Source: Nitrospirota bacterium (lineage in GTDB: Bacteria; Nitrospirota; UBA9217). Taken from it: 64,000 bases of DNA. Positions 9,848 to 19,555 of this stretch are shown here, in pieces. Position numbers and translations under genes: made by a program. Within the stretch, counting starts at the first letter, position 1. The number at the start of each line of letters is the position of its first letter. The DNA is taken from assembly GCA_963754875.1 (NCBI GenBank), contig CAVWHO010000020.1:96001-160000 (forward strand), given 5' to 3'. Below the pieces are notes generated by a model that made no database searches, was not told the DNA's origin, and saw only the letters and a program-made list of their open reading frames with translations.

Positions 9848-10427
9848 ATTATGCCTGTGCCTAATTTATCAATGAGTTAAAGACTTATACGGTATGTTCA
9901 CGGTATGAAATTCATTTCCAGATCCACTGACATCACTCCCGCGAAATCCATCCACCCGGTTACCTCAGTATCGTTGCTCTTGTTAGAACTGATAGCAAGA
10001 AAAGCCCCTAAATGTCTGTTCTCATAATATCATTCGGAGCAGTGACTTTTCTTACTTGCCACTTGTACTTATAACGGCAAAAAATCCAGATGCCCAAGCA
10101 TCGACAGTTACACCTGCTACACTCACAAACTCACTGCCTGTCTCCCCTGTAATATATGCCTCGTCGTTCTTTTGCATCTAGTAGAGTCGACCTGTTTATA
10201 CGGGTGGTAGTATGGATATTCCTTGTTCTCCCCATCCACTCTTGCCGCAACTCCGCATGAGGTATTTCCCTGCAATTTTCGCAGCACCATCCCGTGCTTG
10301 CACTCAGAGAGGAGGGGCTGTTCTCCGTGCGCAGTCAGTGTTCGTCCATTTTCCACGAACTTGAAACCCCACATCTTTTGTCTTATCGCGATCTTACCTT
10401 GTCGGTTAAGCGCCATCAGAAAAAACC

Positions 10428-10551
10428 TTTTCACAGTGGAAAACGAAATTGCTTCAATATTTCATTTTGAAAAGAAGGATGTTGCAGTTCCCTCTAGAAC
10501 CTTCAAGATATCAGTTAGTTGAGAATCGCCATGGTCGGGCACACCTATTGC
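10428..10551 (+). promoter_or_regulatory. Sigma-54 promoter with putative enhancer palindromes and IHF site
   Basis: GG(10538-39)-N10-GC(10550-51) in CGGGCACACCTATTGCA; TATCAGTTAGTTG IHF-like; palindromes TTTTCACAGTGGAAAA and TTTCATTTTGAAA; all conserved in the inverted copy at 24.7-24.8 kb. Confidence 0.8.
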
Positions 10552-10629
10552 AATATTATGCAAACAGGAACGGCGCTTAACAGGTAGCTTCATCAATTTG
10601 GGTCCAAAAAAAAGGACAAGGAGGTTAAG

Positions 10630-12167
10630 ATGAAAGTAACAAGACGCAATTTATTTAAGCTTGGTATTGCAAGCGCAGTAGCCGGGGTGGTAGCGAAAGT
10701 AGGTTCTCTAAAAGTGGGCCTGTCCTCCAACACAGCTGAGGCCGGCATATTCGGGGACCCTACGTTCCAGGATGTCTACAACCAGATCGGAAAATACATT
10801 CATCTGGTCCCGGGCAAGTTCGCCGGCGGCGTCTCCGCCCATGATATGTCGACCGGTCAATGTCTTGCCTCGATGAATATGAGCATATGGGCCGGGAATA
10901 AAACACCAATCGTTCACCATCTCGCCGCATTCGCTTCTCCAGACCCCTACAAGGAATTCGAGTGGATCGTCGATTCTCAAGGGGGGAAAAACCTGTATAT
11001 CTACGGTGTGACCACACCCGTGAAGGACCCCGCAGAAGGGTTCAATATCTGGAGATGCAATTACGATGGCACCAAGATGAACGTCCTGGAAGACGTTGCG
11101 GAAACTACGGGCATCGGCCTTGGTGTGCACGTCACTGTGGCGCCTGATAACAAACGGTTCTCCGTGTGTGACGGCCAGAAGGACATCATGGCGGTATTCA
11201 AGAAGGGCGAAGGCACGGGTAATTCTACCGTGGAGGCCGCAGTCCTCTTTGACTGGGAGTATAACAATTCGGAACTTTCGCGGGTTTGGTTGGACGGGGG
11301 AACGCTCACTATCAGAAAGCTTCATGCCCCCTACGACCTGAAAGGGACCAAGGGATGCAAGACTGACTGGGAGCTTGTTCCTGGCGGTGAACTTTTCGCT
11401 GAGCAGGGGAAAGTTCCCGGCCCCCGGCTGAAGAACCTCGTCGCTCTCGACTCACTTTGCTGGGATCCGAACCACAAGAACTATGCTATTGCAGCCCTTC
11501 GCCTCCCCGGATGCGGCGTCGTTTTCGATACGACAACGTGGGAACCGAAAGCTATCTGCGTCGGGTCCGATAAGCATGCCAAGCAGGGCTTCCAGGTACC
11601 GGTACAGAAGGTAGGCAACGGGGAATGGAAGGCTGTCTTTAAGAATGTTCCCACGCCGGCACATCAGGCGGGCTTCAGTCCCGACGGAGACCGTTTTATC
11701 CTCATGAACAACAGCCGGGAGAACATTATGGCGGTCTTCGATTCGAGCAATCAGTCAGATCCTACAAGTTGGAGAAGAATTGCAGGAGTCGGCGATCCCA
11801 GCTGGCGCGGCGCCTATCCGAATCCGTTCCATATGGCCTTTACGCCTGACGGCCGAAGATGTACGTGACGCTGTGGTGGCCGTCCCCGAGCACGAACGGC
11901 ATTGCCGCTGTCGACACAAAGACCTGGAAAATTATCAAGACCATAGATATAGGACCGGACACGCACACTATCGCGGTCACCGATGACGGGAAATGGCTGT
12001 TCGGCGTGTTCAGTGGTTATCAGAAGACCAAGACCGGGACCTACGTGGTCCGTGTCAAGGATGACAAATTTTATGGTTATCTGCCGAGCCCTTACGGCAG
12101 CCACGATTCCGTCATCGTACCAAAATCGGTTGCCGGTCTAGCGTTTTCAAGGTGCCCTACCACTTAG
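10630..12167 (+). CDS. Thiocyanate dehydrogenase (TcDH)-like Tat-exported copper beta-propeller enzyme; one frameshift near 11855
   Basis: TRRNLFK Tat signal; PGKF, IVHHLAAFASPDPYKEFE, QGGKN, GLGVHVT, DWELVPGGE, HQAGFSPDG, WRGAYPNPFHM, YVTLWWPSP, GPDTHT, GSHD match Thioalkalivibrio TcDH as recalled from memory; split over ORFs 10630-11868 and 11859-12167. Confidence 0.88.
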
Positions 12168-12203
12168 CAAACTGTTCGCGGGCGATCCGCGCGGAATGTC
12201 GAA

Positions 12204-12243
12204 AAACCCCTTGATGGAAGACTAGCTCTCCATCAAGGGGTTT
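12204..12243 (+). terminator. Strong hairpin after the TcDH gene
   Basis: AAACCCCTTGATGGA...TCCATCAAGGGGTTT, 15-bp stem. Confidence 0.7.
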
Positions 12244-12297
12244 AAGGCCCGATGCACAAGGGCGCGGCCATATACCCGCGACCATGGGAGATTAAAC

Positions 12298-13512
12298 ATG
12301 ATCAGGTCCCTCTTTGGACTTGCTTATCAGAATCTACAGGTGAAACATCTGCGTTTCTACATCATTCTGGTCAGCGTTAGCATAGTCATCGGGGCGTTCT
12401 TTGCAAGTTCTATCCTCATTATGGGGATCAACCACACTCTTAACCAGGGCCTCTCGAAACTCGGGGCCGACCTACTCGTAATTCCCAAGGAATCCCTGGT
12501 AAATCTCAAGTCGGCGCTCCTGACGGGAGAGCCTTCCGCCTTTTATATGGACAGTGCAGTGCTCGACAAGATACGGGTGCTGAAGGGCGTTAAGAAGGTA
12601 TCGGGACAGATTTTTCTGACCAGCGCAACGGGAGATTGCTGCGTCATGGGAAATTCATTTCTCATTGGTTTCAATCCCAAAGATGATTTCACCGTGATGC
12701 CGTGGGTGGACAAGAGCGTAAAGGAACCGTTCCCGCCCGATGGAGCGATTGTCGGCGCAATGACGCCCTGGAATCTGGAGGACGGTCTTAAATTCTACGG
12801 TGTTCGTTTGAAAGTATGGGCCAAGCTCGAACGGACCGGGATCGGATTGTACGATAACGCAGTTTTTTTCAATATCGACCGGGCCTATGAAATGTCCGAG
12901 AAGTCGCAGCGCGATTCATTGGTGAAGCCTCTTGCGCCGCTGAGAAACAGAATATCCGGCGGATTGGTCCAGCTCGACGTAGGGGCAAAAATCCCGTTCA
13001 TCACATTTTCGATCCTGAAGGATAATCCCAGTCTGAAGGTGGTGACCACGGGAAATATCGCGACCTCGGCTCGGCAGACGACGGTAGCCGTATTTTTTGG
13101 CATCGTCGTGCTCATCGTTGTCCTCATTCTGTCCAATGTCCTTATGATTAATGCCATATTCTCCGCTGTTGTGAATGAACGCAAAAGAGAAATCGGCATT
13201 ATCAGGGCTATCGGGGCTACAAAAGCCAATATATTCATGCTCATCCTTTATGAATCGACCCTGATCAGCGTCATCAGCGGCTTTATGGGCATGGTCATCG
13301 GGGGAGTTCTCCTGAAACTGTTCCAACGGTCGATTATCTTTTACCTGAAAATGCTCAACATACCGTTTATGCTGCCGCCCTTCGAAATGATCGCATCAAT
13401 GATGGTGGGAGCGATTGGGGTGGCTCTTATCATGGGGGTAAGCGGGTCGATGTATCCGGCCATCCTCGCTGTGAGGATAGATCCTCACGAAACTATGAAG
13501 CAGGGGTTATGA
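12298..13512 (+). CDS. ABC transporter permease (MacB/FtsX type)
   Basis: ERKREIGIIRAIGA; 1+3 TM layout; GDCC in the periplasmic part. Confidence 0.9.
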   Translation: MIRSLFGLAYQNLQVKHLRFYIILVSVSIVIGAFFASSILIMGINHTLNQGLSKLGADLLVIPKESLVNLKSALLTGEPSAFYMDSAVLDKIRVLKGVKKVSGQIFLTSATGDCCVMGNSFLIGFNPKDDFTVMPWVDKSVKEPFPPDGAIVGAMTPWNLEDGLKFYGVRLKVWAKLERTGIGLYDNAVFFNIDRAYEMSEKSQRDSLVKPLAPLRNRISGGLVQLDVGAKIPFITFSILKDNPSLKVVTTGNIATSARQTTVAVFFGIVVLIVVLILSNVLMINAIFSAVVNERKREIGIIRAIGATKANIFMLILYESTLISVISGFMGMVIGGVLLKLFQRSIIFYLKMLNIPFMLPPFEMIASMMVGAIGVALIMGVSGSMYPAILAVRIDPHETMKQGL

Positions 13513-13513
13513 C

Positions 13514-14245
13514 ATGGCAGACTTCATTCGGACTCGTGCACTAAAGAAGATCTATTATCTGGGTGATCAGCGAGTTGAGGCCCTGAAGGGCGTCGATCTC
13601 GACATTCCCTCGTCTGATTTCGTGGTCTTTATGGGCCATTCGGGATCAGGTAAGACCACGCTCATCAGCACCATCGGCGGGCTTACGAAACCAACCGAGG
13701 GGACAGTATCAATCGATGGCGTTGACATCTGGAAACTGAACGACCGGGAACTTTCCATCCTGAGGAACCGCAAGATCGGTTTCGTCTTCCAGTCCTTCAG
13801 TCTGCTGTCGACGCTGAACGTCCTCAACAATGTCGTTATGCCTGTGATATTCAACAAGAACGGGGACCGCGATGCGGATGTCGTCCGAGATCGTGCGATA
13901 TCCATCCTCGAGGGTCTCAACATGAAGAAAAAGATCGAGTCATATCCTTCGGAACTGTCGGGGGGGGAACAGCGGCGGGTGGCCATTGCACGTGCGCTCA
14001 TAAACGACCCCGACATTATCCTTGCCGACGAGCCGACCGGCGAGCTCGATATCAGAACGGAGCAGGAGGTCATTGACATCTTCCGGATGATCAACACGCA
14101 ATACAAAAAAACCATAATCGTTGTGAGCCACAGCCTCACCTGGCTCGAATCTGCTAAGACGGTTGTCGTCATGAAGGACGGGTTTTTGTACCGGGATGTG
14201 GCAGATCCCGTTGAGGCCTTGATGGGAAAGATTTGCAAGCCATGA
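13514..14245 (+). CDS. ABC transporter ATP-binding protein (LolD/MacB type)
   Basis: GHSGSGKT, LSGGEQRR, ILADEPTG. Confidence 0.95.
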   Translation: MADFIRTRALKKIYYLGDQRVEALKGVDLDIPSSDFVVFMGHSGSGKTTLISTIGGLTKPTEGTVSIDGVDIWKLNDRELSILRNRKIGFVFQSFSLLSTLNVLNNVVMPVIFNKNGDRDADVVRDRAISILEGLNMKKKIESYPSELSGGEQRRVAIARALINDPDIILADEPTGELDIRTEQEVIDIFRMINTQYKKTIIVVSHSLTWLESAKTVVVMKDGFLYRDVADPVEALMGKICKP

Positions 14246-15690
14246 CCATCCTGAAATTCGCGCTACTTGACCTGATGCGCAGGCCGAAAAAGAGCGGGTT
14301 GATCGTTTTTGCGATCGTCATATCCGTTGCGCTCCTGTCTTCGCTTTCGATCGTAAGCACTTCGGCGACGTCAAACATACTGGAAGTGATCTCAAAGACA
14401 GGTCATACGCTGACCGTTCGTCCCGTCATAACCGCCGCTATCGACGAGGCGGACAAGAGTGCACTGCAGAACCTCACCATTTCGGAGGTGGTCTTCGGCA
14501 AATATATACCCGAGTCGGCGGTGCAGGAGATTTCAAGGACATATGACAAGGCAATTCGGGAGGGATGGGAACGGAAAGGCGGGCTGGTCAGCAACCCGGG
14601 AATCCCGGACACGAGCATCGTACCGCCGACCTGGGCGCCCCGGCTCTACGTGAAGGCGGTGGTGGACGGTCATGAGGCTATCGTTACGGGAATCGATATC
14701 ACCAAGGAATATTTCGTCCGTTTCTGGTGGACCTTGTCCAGCGGCGAGTGGCCGAAAAATGTGGATGTCAAGAATGTCGATACGAAGATCGATGCCATGT
14801 ATGTCATGGGGCGCGACGGACAGGTAACCGTGAAGAAGCCGAAATACCGGCTCGATGAACAGGGGAAGACAATATACGATGACAGTCATCATGACAACGC
14901 TACCGGGTCATCAGACGATAAGCTGCGCCATTTTGCCTATGGGCATGGAGCCGCCGATGAGATCAGAAACGATGCCTATCTCGGGGGGGGGTATGCCGCC
15001 GCCAGGAGACTGAAAGTCGGAGATACCATGACGGTTGCATCGCGACAATTCAAGGTCATGGGCGTCCTGGAGGAAACGAACTCCGCCGATGATTATATGG
15101 TCTTTATTCCGTTGTTGACGGCCCAGAAAATGTTTCACAAGGAAGGATATATATCGCTGCTGAGCGTCAGGGCCATGTGCCCTAACTGCCCCGTTGGAGA
15201 CGCCATGGTGGAGTTGAACAAGAACATCACGGGCATTACCGCGGTCTCCCAGCTCGACGTCGCGGGTTTGCAGTTCGACTTTTTTAATATGCTGTATCGC
15301 TTCCTCTTGGCAGTGGTGGTTGCCACCATTGCCGTGGGTATCTTTTCGATCTTCAACATTGTCGCCGGCTCTCTGTACGCGCGGGCGCGGGAGGTCGGCC
15401 TGCTCAAGGCGGTCGGCGCATCGCGTTTTCAGCTTGTCAGGATATTTCTGTACGAACACCTTATAATCGGGATCATTGCGGGGCTCGGCGGATTTGCGGC
15501 GGGTGTCGGCATGGCGCATATCATGAATACGTTCCTCGGTATTGGAGCGGTCGTCCGGGTCGAGGTTGGGGTGCTATGGCACGCACTGGCTCTCGGCATA
15601 ATTTGCAGCCTCCTCGCCATTTATTACCCGGCATATAAACTGTCGGGTATAAAGATCACGGAGACGTTTCGAACCCAGTGGGAGGTTTAG
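14242..15690 (+). CDS. ABC transporter permease (MacB/FtsX type) with His-containing insert and CPNC motif
   Basis: REVGLLKAVGA; RAMCPNCP; start overlaps upstream stop (ATGA). Confidence 0.88.
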   Translation: MTILKFALLDLMRRPKKSGLIVFAIVISVALLSSLSIVSTSATSNILEVISKTGHTLTVRPVITAAIDEADKSALQNLTISEVVFGKYIPESAVQEISRTYDKAIREGWERKGGLVSNPGIPDTSIVPPTWAPRLYVKAVVDGHEAIVTGIDITKEYFVRFWWTLSSGEWPKNVDVKNVDTKIDAMYVMGRDGQVTVKKPKYRLDEQGKTIYDDSHHDNATGSSDDKLRHFAYGHGAADEIRNDAYLGGGYAAARRLKVGDTMTVASRQFKVMGVLEETNSADDYMVFIPLLTAQKMFHKEGYISLLSVRAMCPNCPVGDAMVELNKNITGITAVSQLDVAGLQFDFFNMLYRFLLAVVVATIAVGIFSIFNIVAGSLYARAREVGLLKAVGASRFQLVRIFLYEHLIIGIIAGLGGFAAGVGMAHIMNTFLGIGAVVRVEVGVLWHALALGIICSLLAIYYPAYKLSGIKITETFRTQWEV

Positions 15691-15691
15691 G

Positions 15692-16882
15692 TTGAACTTA
15701 TTGTCGCTCGTGACTAAGGACATCATGCGGAGAAAGGGGAAAAGCGTTTATCTGCTGACCGCCATGCTTATTCCTGTTGTTATTCTCAGTACGATCCTGC
15801 TGACGGTCGACAACGCGGACAGGTCCCTCGCGACCCTCGCCTCGAAATTCGGCTTTACCATGACTGTGCAGCCGAAGAACATCAAGGTCGAGCGGATCGA
15901 TCAGATCGGTGTGGTGATTAATGAGTTCCTGCCGGAGACCGTCATGAAATCAATTGACGAGATTGTCAGGAAAAGGACAGGGAACAAGCAAGAAGCGATT
16001 ATCATCGCGCCGCGGATATACCAGCGGACGGATACCGTGATCCGGAAGTCTTCCGTCAGTACGGTCGTCGCCGGTATCGATTTTCAATCCGAACGAGCGG
16101 CCAAACCGTCCTGGAGTCTGGCGAGCGGGCAATGGCCGACGGGAGAAGGGGAGGCTGTGATAGGCGGGACTTTTGCCCGCGCGAACAATCTCTCGGAGAA
16201 TGCGGTAATCTCGGTGGACGGCAGGGCCTTTACGGTTGCGGGTATCCTTAAAAATTATAACGTCTCCGACGATTATATGGTTTTTGTCCCCTTCAGTGTT
16301 CTCCAGGCCCTTTCCGATAAAAAAGGTTTCTTATCGCTCGTAAATGTGCAGAATGTTTCCCTTGACCGGGATCGGAACCTCCTGCGCGATGTTGTCACTG
16401 AATTGAACAGCACCATTCCCGACGTCAAGACCCTCGTACCTCAGCAGTTTAGCACGATGAAATATGTCTTTCTCAAGAAAACCTTCAAATTTCTCCTTTC
16501 CATCGTTGCGTCAACGGTGTTCATCAGCATATTCGCGATCTTCAATATCGTTACGAGTGTACTCTATTCCCGCATCAGGGAGATTGGCCTGCTGAAGACC
16601 GTGGGTGCCTCGCGGTCGCAGCTGCTTCTCGTTTTTCTCGGCGAGTACTCAGCCATGGGCCTCGCGGCCGGTATCGCGGGTTATCCGATCGGCATGGTGA
16701 TGACCTACGTCCTCGATTCCTTTGTTCTGAACCTTGGCGCAGGCGTCCATTTTAGCCTCTCAGTGTTTCTTGCTGCGATCGCTTCCGGTATTCTCTGCAG
16801 CCTGGTGGCTGGCTTTTACCCAACCTACAAGCTGTCGGGGATAAAAATATCGGACAGCTTCAGATCCCAGTGGGAGGTGTGA
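15692..16882 (+). CDS. ABC transporter permease (MacB/FtsX type)
   Basis: REIGLLKTVGA; C-terminus FRSQWEV resembles the preceding permease (FRTQWEV). Confidence 0.88.
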   Translation: MNLLSLVTKDIMRRKGKSVYLLTAMLIPVVILSTILLTVDNADRSLATLASKFGFTMTVQPKNIKVERIDQIGVVINEFLPETVMKSIDEIVRKRTGNKQEAIIIAPRIYQRTDTVIRKSSVSTVVAGIDFQSERAAKPSWSLASGQWPTGEGEAVIGGTFARANNLSENAVISVDGRAFTVAGILKNYNVSDDYMVFVPFSVLQALSDKKGFLSLVNVQNVSLDRDRNLLRDVVTELNSTIPDVKTLVPQQFSTMKYVFLKKTFKFLLSIVASTVFISIFAIFNIVTSVLYSRIREIGLLKTVGASRSQLLLVFLGEYSAMGLAAGIAGYPIGMVMTYVLDSFVLNLGAGVHFSLSVFLAAIASGILCSLVAGFYPTYKLSGIKISDSFRSQWEV

Positions 16883-17607
16883 TTTTGGACAACAACGAAG
16901 GGGAAACATTCCTGGAACTTCGGGATGTCAGCAAGGCATTCAGACTGGCGTCGGGGGAGGTAAAGGCACTCGACGGCGTTTCTCTCAGCATCGGAAGGGG
17001 CACACTGGTCGCACTTGTGGGACCGAGCGGGTCTGGCAAGACCACCCTTCTCAATATCATCGGTGCTCTTGATAAACCGTCCCAGGGGGAGGTGCTGCTG
17101 GAGGGGATCAGGATCGACAGTTTGTCGGAAGAGAAACTGGTCCAGTTCCGCAGAGAGAAGTTCAGCTTTATATTCCAGGACGCAAAACCACTGCGTATGC
17201 TGAACGTGCTCGAAAACACACTGCTCCCTTTCAGCTTTTTCAAACCGAAGCACAGCAGCGGGAGCATAAAGGACACCGGAATAGAGATAATCAAATCCCT
17301 GGGGCTAGGGCATCGGCTTTACCATATGCCGAGCCAGCTAAGCGGCGGAGAGATCCAGCGTGTGGCCATTGCCCGTGCGCTGATAACCCGTCCGGCAGTC
17401 ATCCTTGCCGACGAACCGACTGCCAATCTCGACCGGGATAACCGGCTGTTCGTTATGGAGACCTTTAAACTACTTTCCCGCGAGCGGGGGATAACCATAG
17501 TATTTTCCACCCATGACCTTGAGATAGCTAATAGCTCCGACCGTATCATCCAGATGAAGGACGGCGTGCTGTTAAAGGATGAGTCTCCCTTGTGCCCGGT
17601 CTGTTAG
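16879..17607 (+). CDS. ABC transporter ATP-binding protein
   Basis: GPSGSGKT, LSGGEIQR, ILADEPT; ends CPVC; start approximate. Confidence 0.93.
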   Translation: MILDNNEGETFLELRDVSKAFRLASGEVKALDGVSLSIGRGTLVALVGPSGSGKTTLLNIIGALDKPSQGEVLLEGIRIDSLSEEKLVQFRREKFSFIFQDAKPLRMLNVLENTLLPFSFFKPKHSSGSIKDTGIEIIKSLGLGHRLYHMPSQLSGGEIQRVAIARALITRPAVILADEPTANLDRDNRLFVMETFKLLSRERGITIVFSTHDLEIANSSDRIIQMKDGVLLKDESPLCPVC

Positions 17608-17643
17608 ATATAAGGGCGTGGCGCCAAAAGAAAGGGTGCAGGC

Positions 17644-18318
17644 ATGAAAAGCAAAACTGATATACTTGCTGCCCTGAAAAGCAGGAAAATGGCTGTTGCG
17701 TTCGTGACGGCAATCGTTGTCCTTCTGCTGGCGGACATCGTTGTCGGACGCTGGCAGGAAAGTATTATCAGGGGAAAAGAGGCAGCGATTAAACGCCTCC
17801 AGGCGCAGGCGTCTCGCATGCTTTCCGTCGATGTTCGCGATATCACCGAAACGGCCGGCATCACTCACACGGGACGTTATGAAGTGCTCATACGGATAGA
17901 CAACGTCGGTGAAGAGCCGGCCTACTTGACGCACCCATCAGTGAAGGCCTACATTCAGACCGGAACCATCTCGTGGACAGAAGTGCCCGTAGCGGAAAAG
18001 GCCGGTGAGAAACAGGAACAGGTATACAAGATCGCAGAAGGTCACCTGCTTTTCAGAAAAATACTTACGGTCTCCCAGCGTTTACCCTACAACAAATACC
18101 TGATCCCGAAGTACATGCATGTGCGGTTCTATATAACCATGGATGTCCTTCCGGAAAGCGGTTTTAAGGAGGGAGAAGTCGTTGAAAGGAAGAGCGATAT
18201 CTACATTTATCTTAAACCCTACTGGATCAGCCGAAGGGAAATCGCTAAGGCGATAGATTTCGGTGACACGAAGATCCCGGTTTATATGCCTATATCGTCG
18301 TTCAGGAACTGGAACTAG
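17644..18318 (+). CDS. Membrane-anchored hypothetical protein (paralogue A)
   Basis: Single N-terminal TM; clearly similar to 18369-18995. Confidence 0.8.
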   Translation: MKSKTDILAALKSRKMAVAFVTAIVVLLLADIVVGRWQESIIRGKEAAIKRLQAQASRMLSVDVRDITETAGITHTGRYEVLIRIDNVGEEPAYLTHPSVKAYIQTGTISWTEVPVAEKAGEKQEQVYKIAEGHLLFRKILTVSQRLPYNKYLIPKYMHVRFYITMDVLPESGFKEGEVVERKSDIYIYLKPYWISRREIAKAIDFGDTKIPVYMPISSFRNWN

Positions 18319-18368
18319 TTGACGTCCCGGCGCGCTCGTTCGGAGTCTGTCGACGGGGGGATTACGAA

Positions 18369-18995
18369 ATGCTCAGAAAAAAGAAACTGATCGCCTCGCT
18401 TATCGGGGTTGTCCTCCTCTTCGTTGTCGCTGATTACCTGGTCGGGCTGAAAGAGACCGCCATCATCAGGGAAAAGGAGGCAAAAAAGGAGCGGCTGGAA
18501 AAAAGGGCCTTCTATCAGATCATGCCCGACGTCGAGGACGCACGGATCATCAAGGGAAAGCCGGGGCAATACGAGATTGTTATCAAGATAGAAAACCTTG
18601 CAGATGAGCCCGTGTATATATCCTATCCGCAAGCGGTTGCGTACGTTCAGACCGGTATGTCCTGGACGGAAGTCCCTGTACGCGAGGGCGAACGAAAAGC
18701 GGAGGAGCAGGTCATCCGTATTGAACCGGGAGTCCATCGTTACCGGAAGATTATCACGATCAGCCGCTCTATAAAATACAGCTATTATCAGATGTTTGGT
18801 TACATGCACGTCCGTGTCCGTCTTTCCCTGTTCGTGCTGCCGGAAAGCGCCTTCAAGGAAGAAGAGGTCGTTGACCGATATTCGGATGCTTATATGTATT
18901 TGAAGCCCTATTACATCACTGACCGGGAGATCGCCCGGCAGGTGAAATTTCCAGACAACAAGATACCCGTTATGATACCGATGCCGCCCCATTAA
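18369..18995 (+). CDS. Membrane-anchored hypothetical protein (paralogue B)
   Basis: Shares QTG..SWTEVPV, YMHVR, VLPES, YLKPY, KIPV with paralogue A. Confidence 0.8.
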   Translation: MLRKKKLIASLIGVVLLFVVADYLVGLKETAIIREKEAKKERLEKRAFYQIMPDVEDARIIKGKPGQYEIVIKIENLADEPVYISYPQAVAYVQTGMSWTEVPVREGERKAEEQVIRIEPGVHRYRKIITISRSIKYSYYQMFGYMHVRVRLSLFVLPESAFKEEEVVDRYSDAYMYLKPYYITDREIARQVKFPDNKIPVMIPMPPH

Positions 18996-19015
18996 GAAAA
19001 AGGAGGGAAAAAACA

Positions 19016-19429
19016 ATGCGTACGGATACGATGTTAAGGTGGACAGGGGTTTTCTCCATCTTGGCAATAAGCGTTTTCCTGATGGCCTTCGAGCAGAAAG
19101 GAATCAATAGCGAACAGGGATTCTACTCGATCGATGTGCAGTGCGCTGCAAATCCGGTGACGGTTGGCAAAAACAACATGACTGTCACGATAAACGATGC
19201 GAAATCCCTGAAGCCCTTCGAAAAAAAGCTGACTGTTGAAGTGATTCCCTGGATGCCAACCCATGAGCACGGCTCGAGTGATATTGCGTCGGTGACATAT
19301 CTCGGGAAGGGACTGTATCGTGTTGAAGGAATTAACTTCACTATGCCGGGGGAGTGGGATGTATACTTCAAGATACGAGACGGAAGCAAAGAAGATTCTG
19401 CGGTTTTCAACGTTAACATTACCCCATGA
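19016..19429 (+). CDS. Exported YtkA/FixH-like protein
   Basis: Signal peptide; PWMPTHEHGS and FTMPGEW motifs; AGGAGG RBS. Confidence 0.75.
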   Translation: MRTDTMLRWTGVFSILAISVFLMAFEQKGINSEQGFYSIDVQCAANPVTVGKNNMTVTINDAKSLKPFEKKLTVEVIPWMPTHEHGSSDIASVTYLGKGLYRVEGINFTMPGEWDVYFKIRDGSKEDSAVFNVNITP

Positions 19430-19555
19430 TCGTCGTTCAATGATCTTTCTTCGGCGGCAGGGCGCTATAAAAAAGCGGCATCAGGAACTGGTATTTCATC
19501 ATTCACCGTCCTGCTATATAAAAAAACATTTCTGAAGATAGAGTTCAAAGACGTT

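Noticed and set aside
9850..10420. ORFs 10123-10434 (-) and 10223-10522 (+) as integrase or real genes
   Set aside because: No recognisable motifs; they overlap the promoter region and are probably spurious or decayed sequence.
10630..12167. Nitrous-oxide reductase or cd1 nitrite reductase call for the Tat beta-propeller
   Set aside because: No C-terminal CuA domain and no CxxCH; the motifs match TcDH instead.
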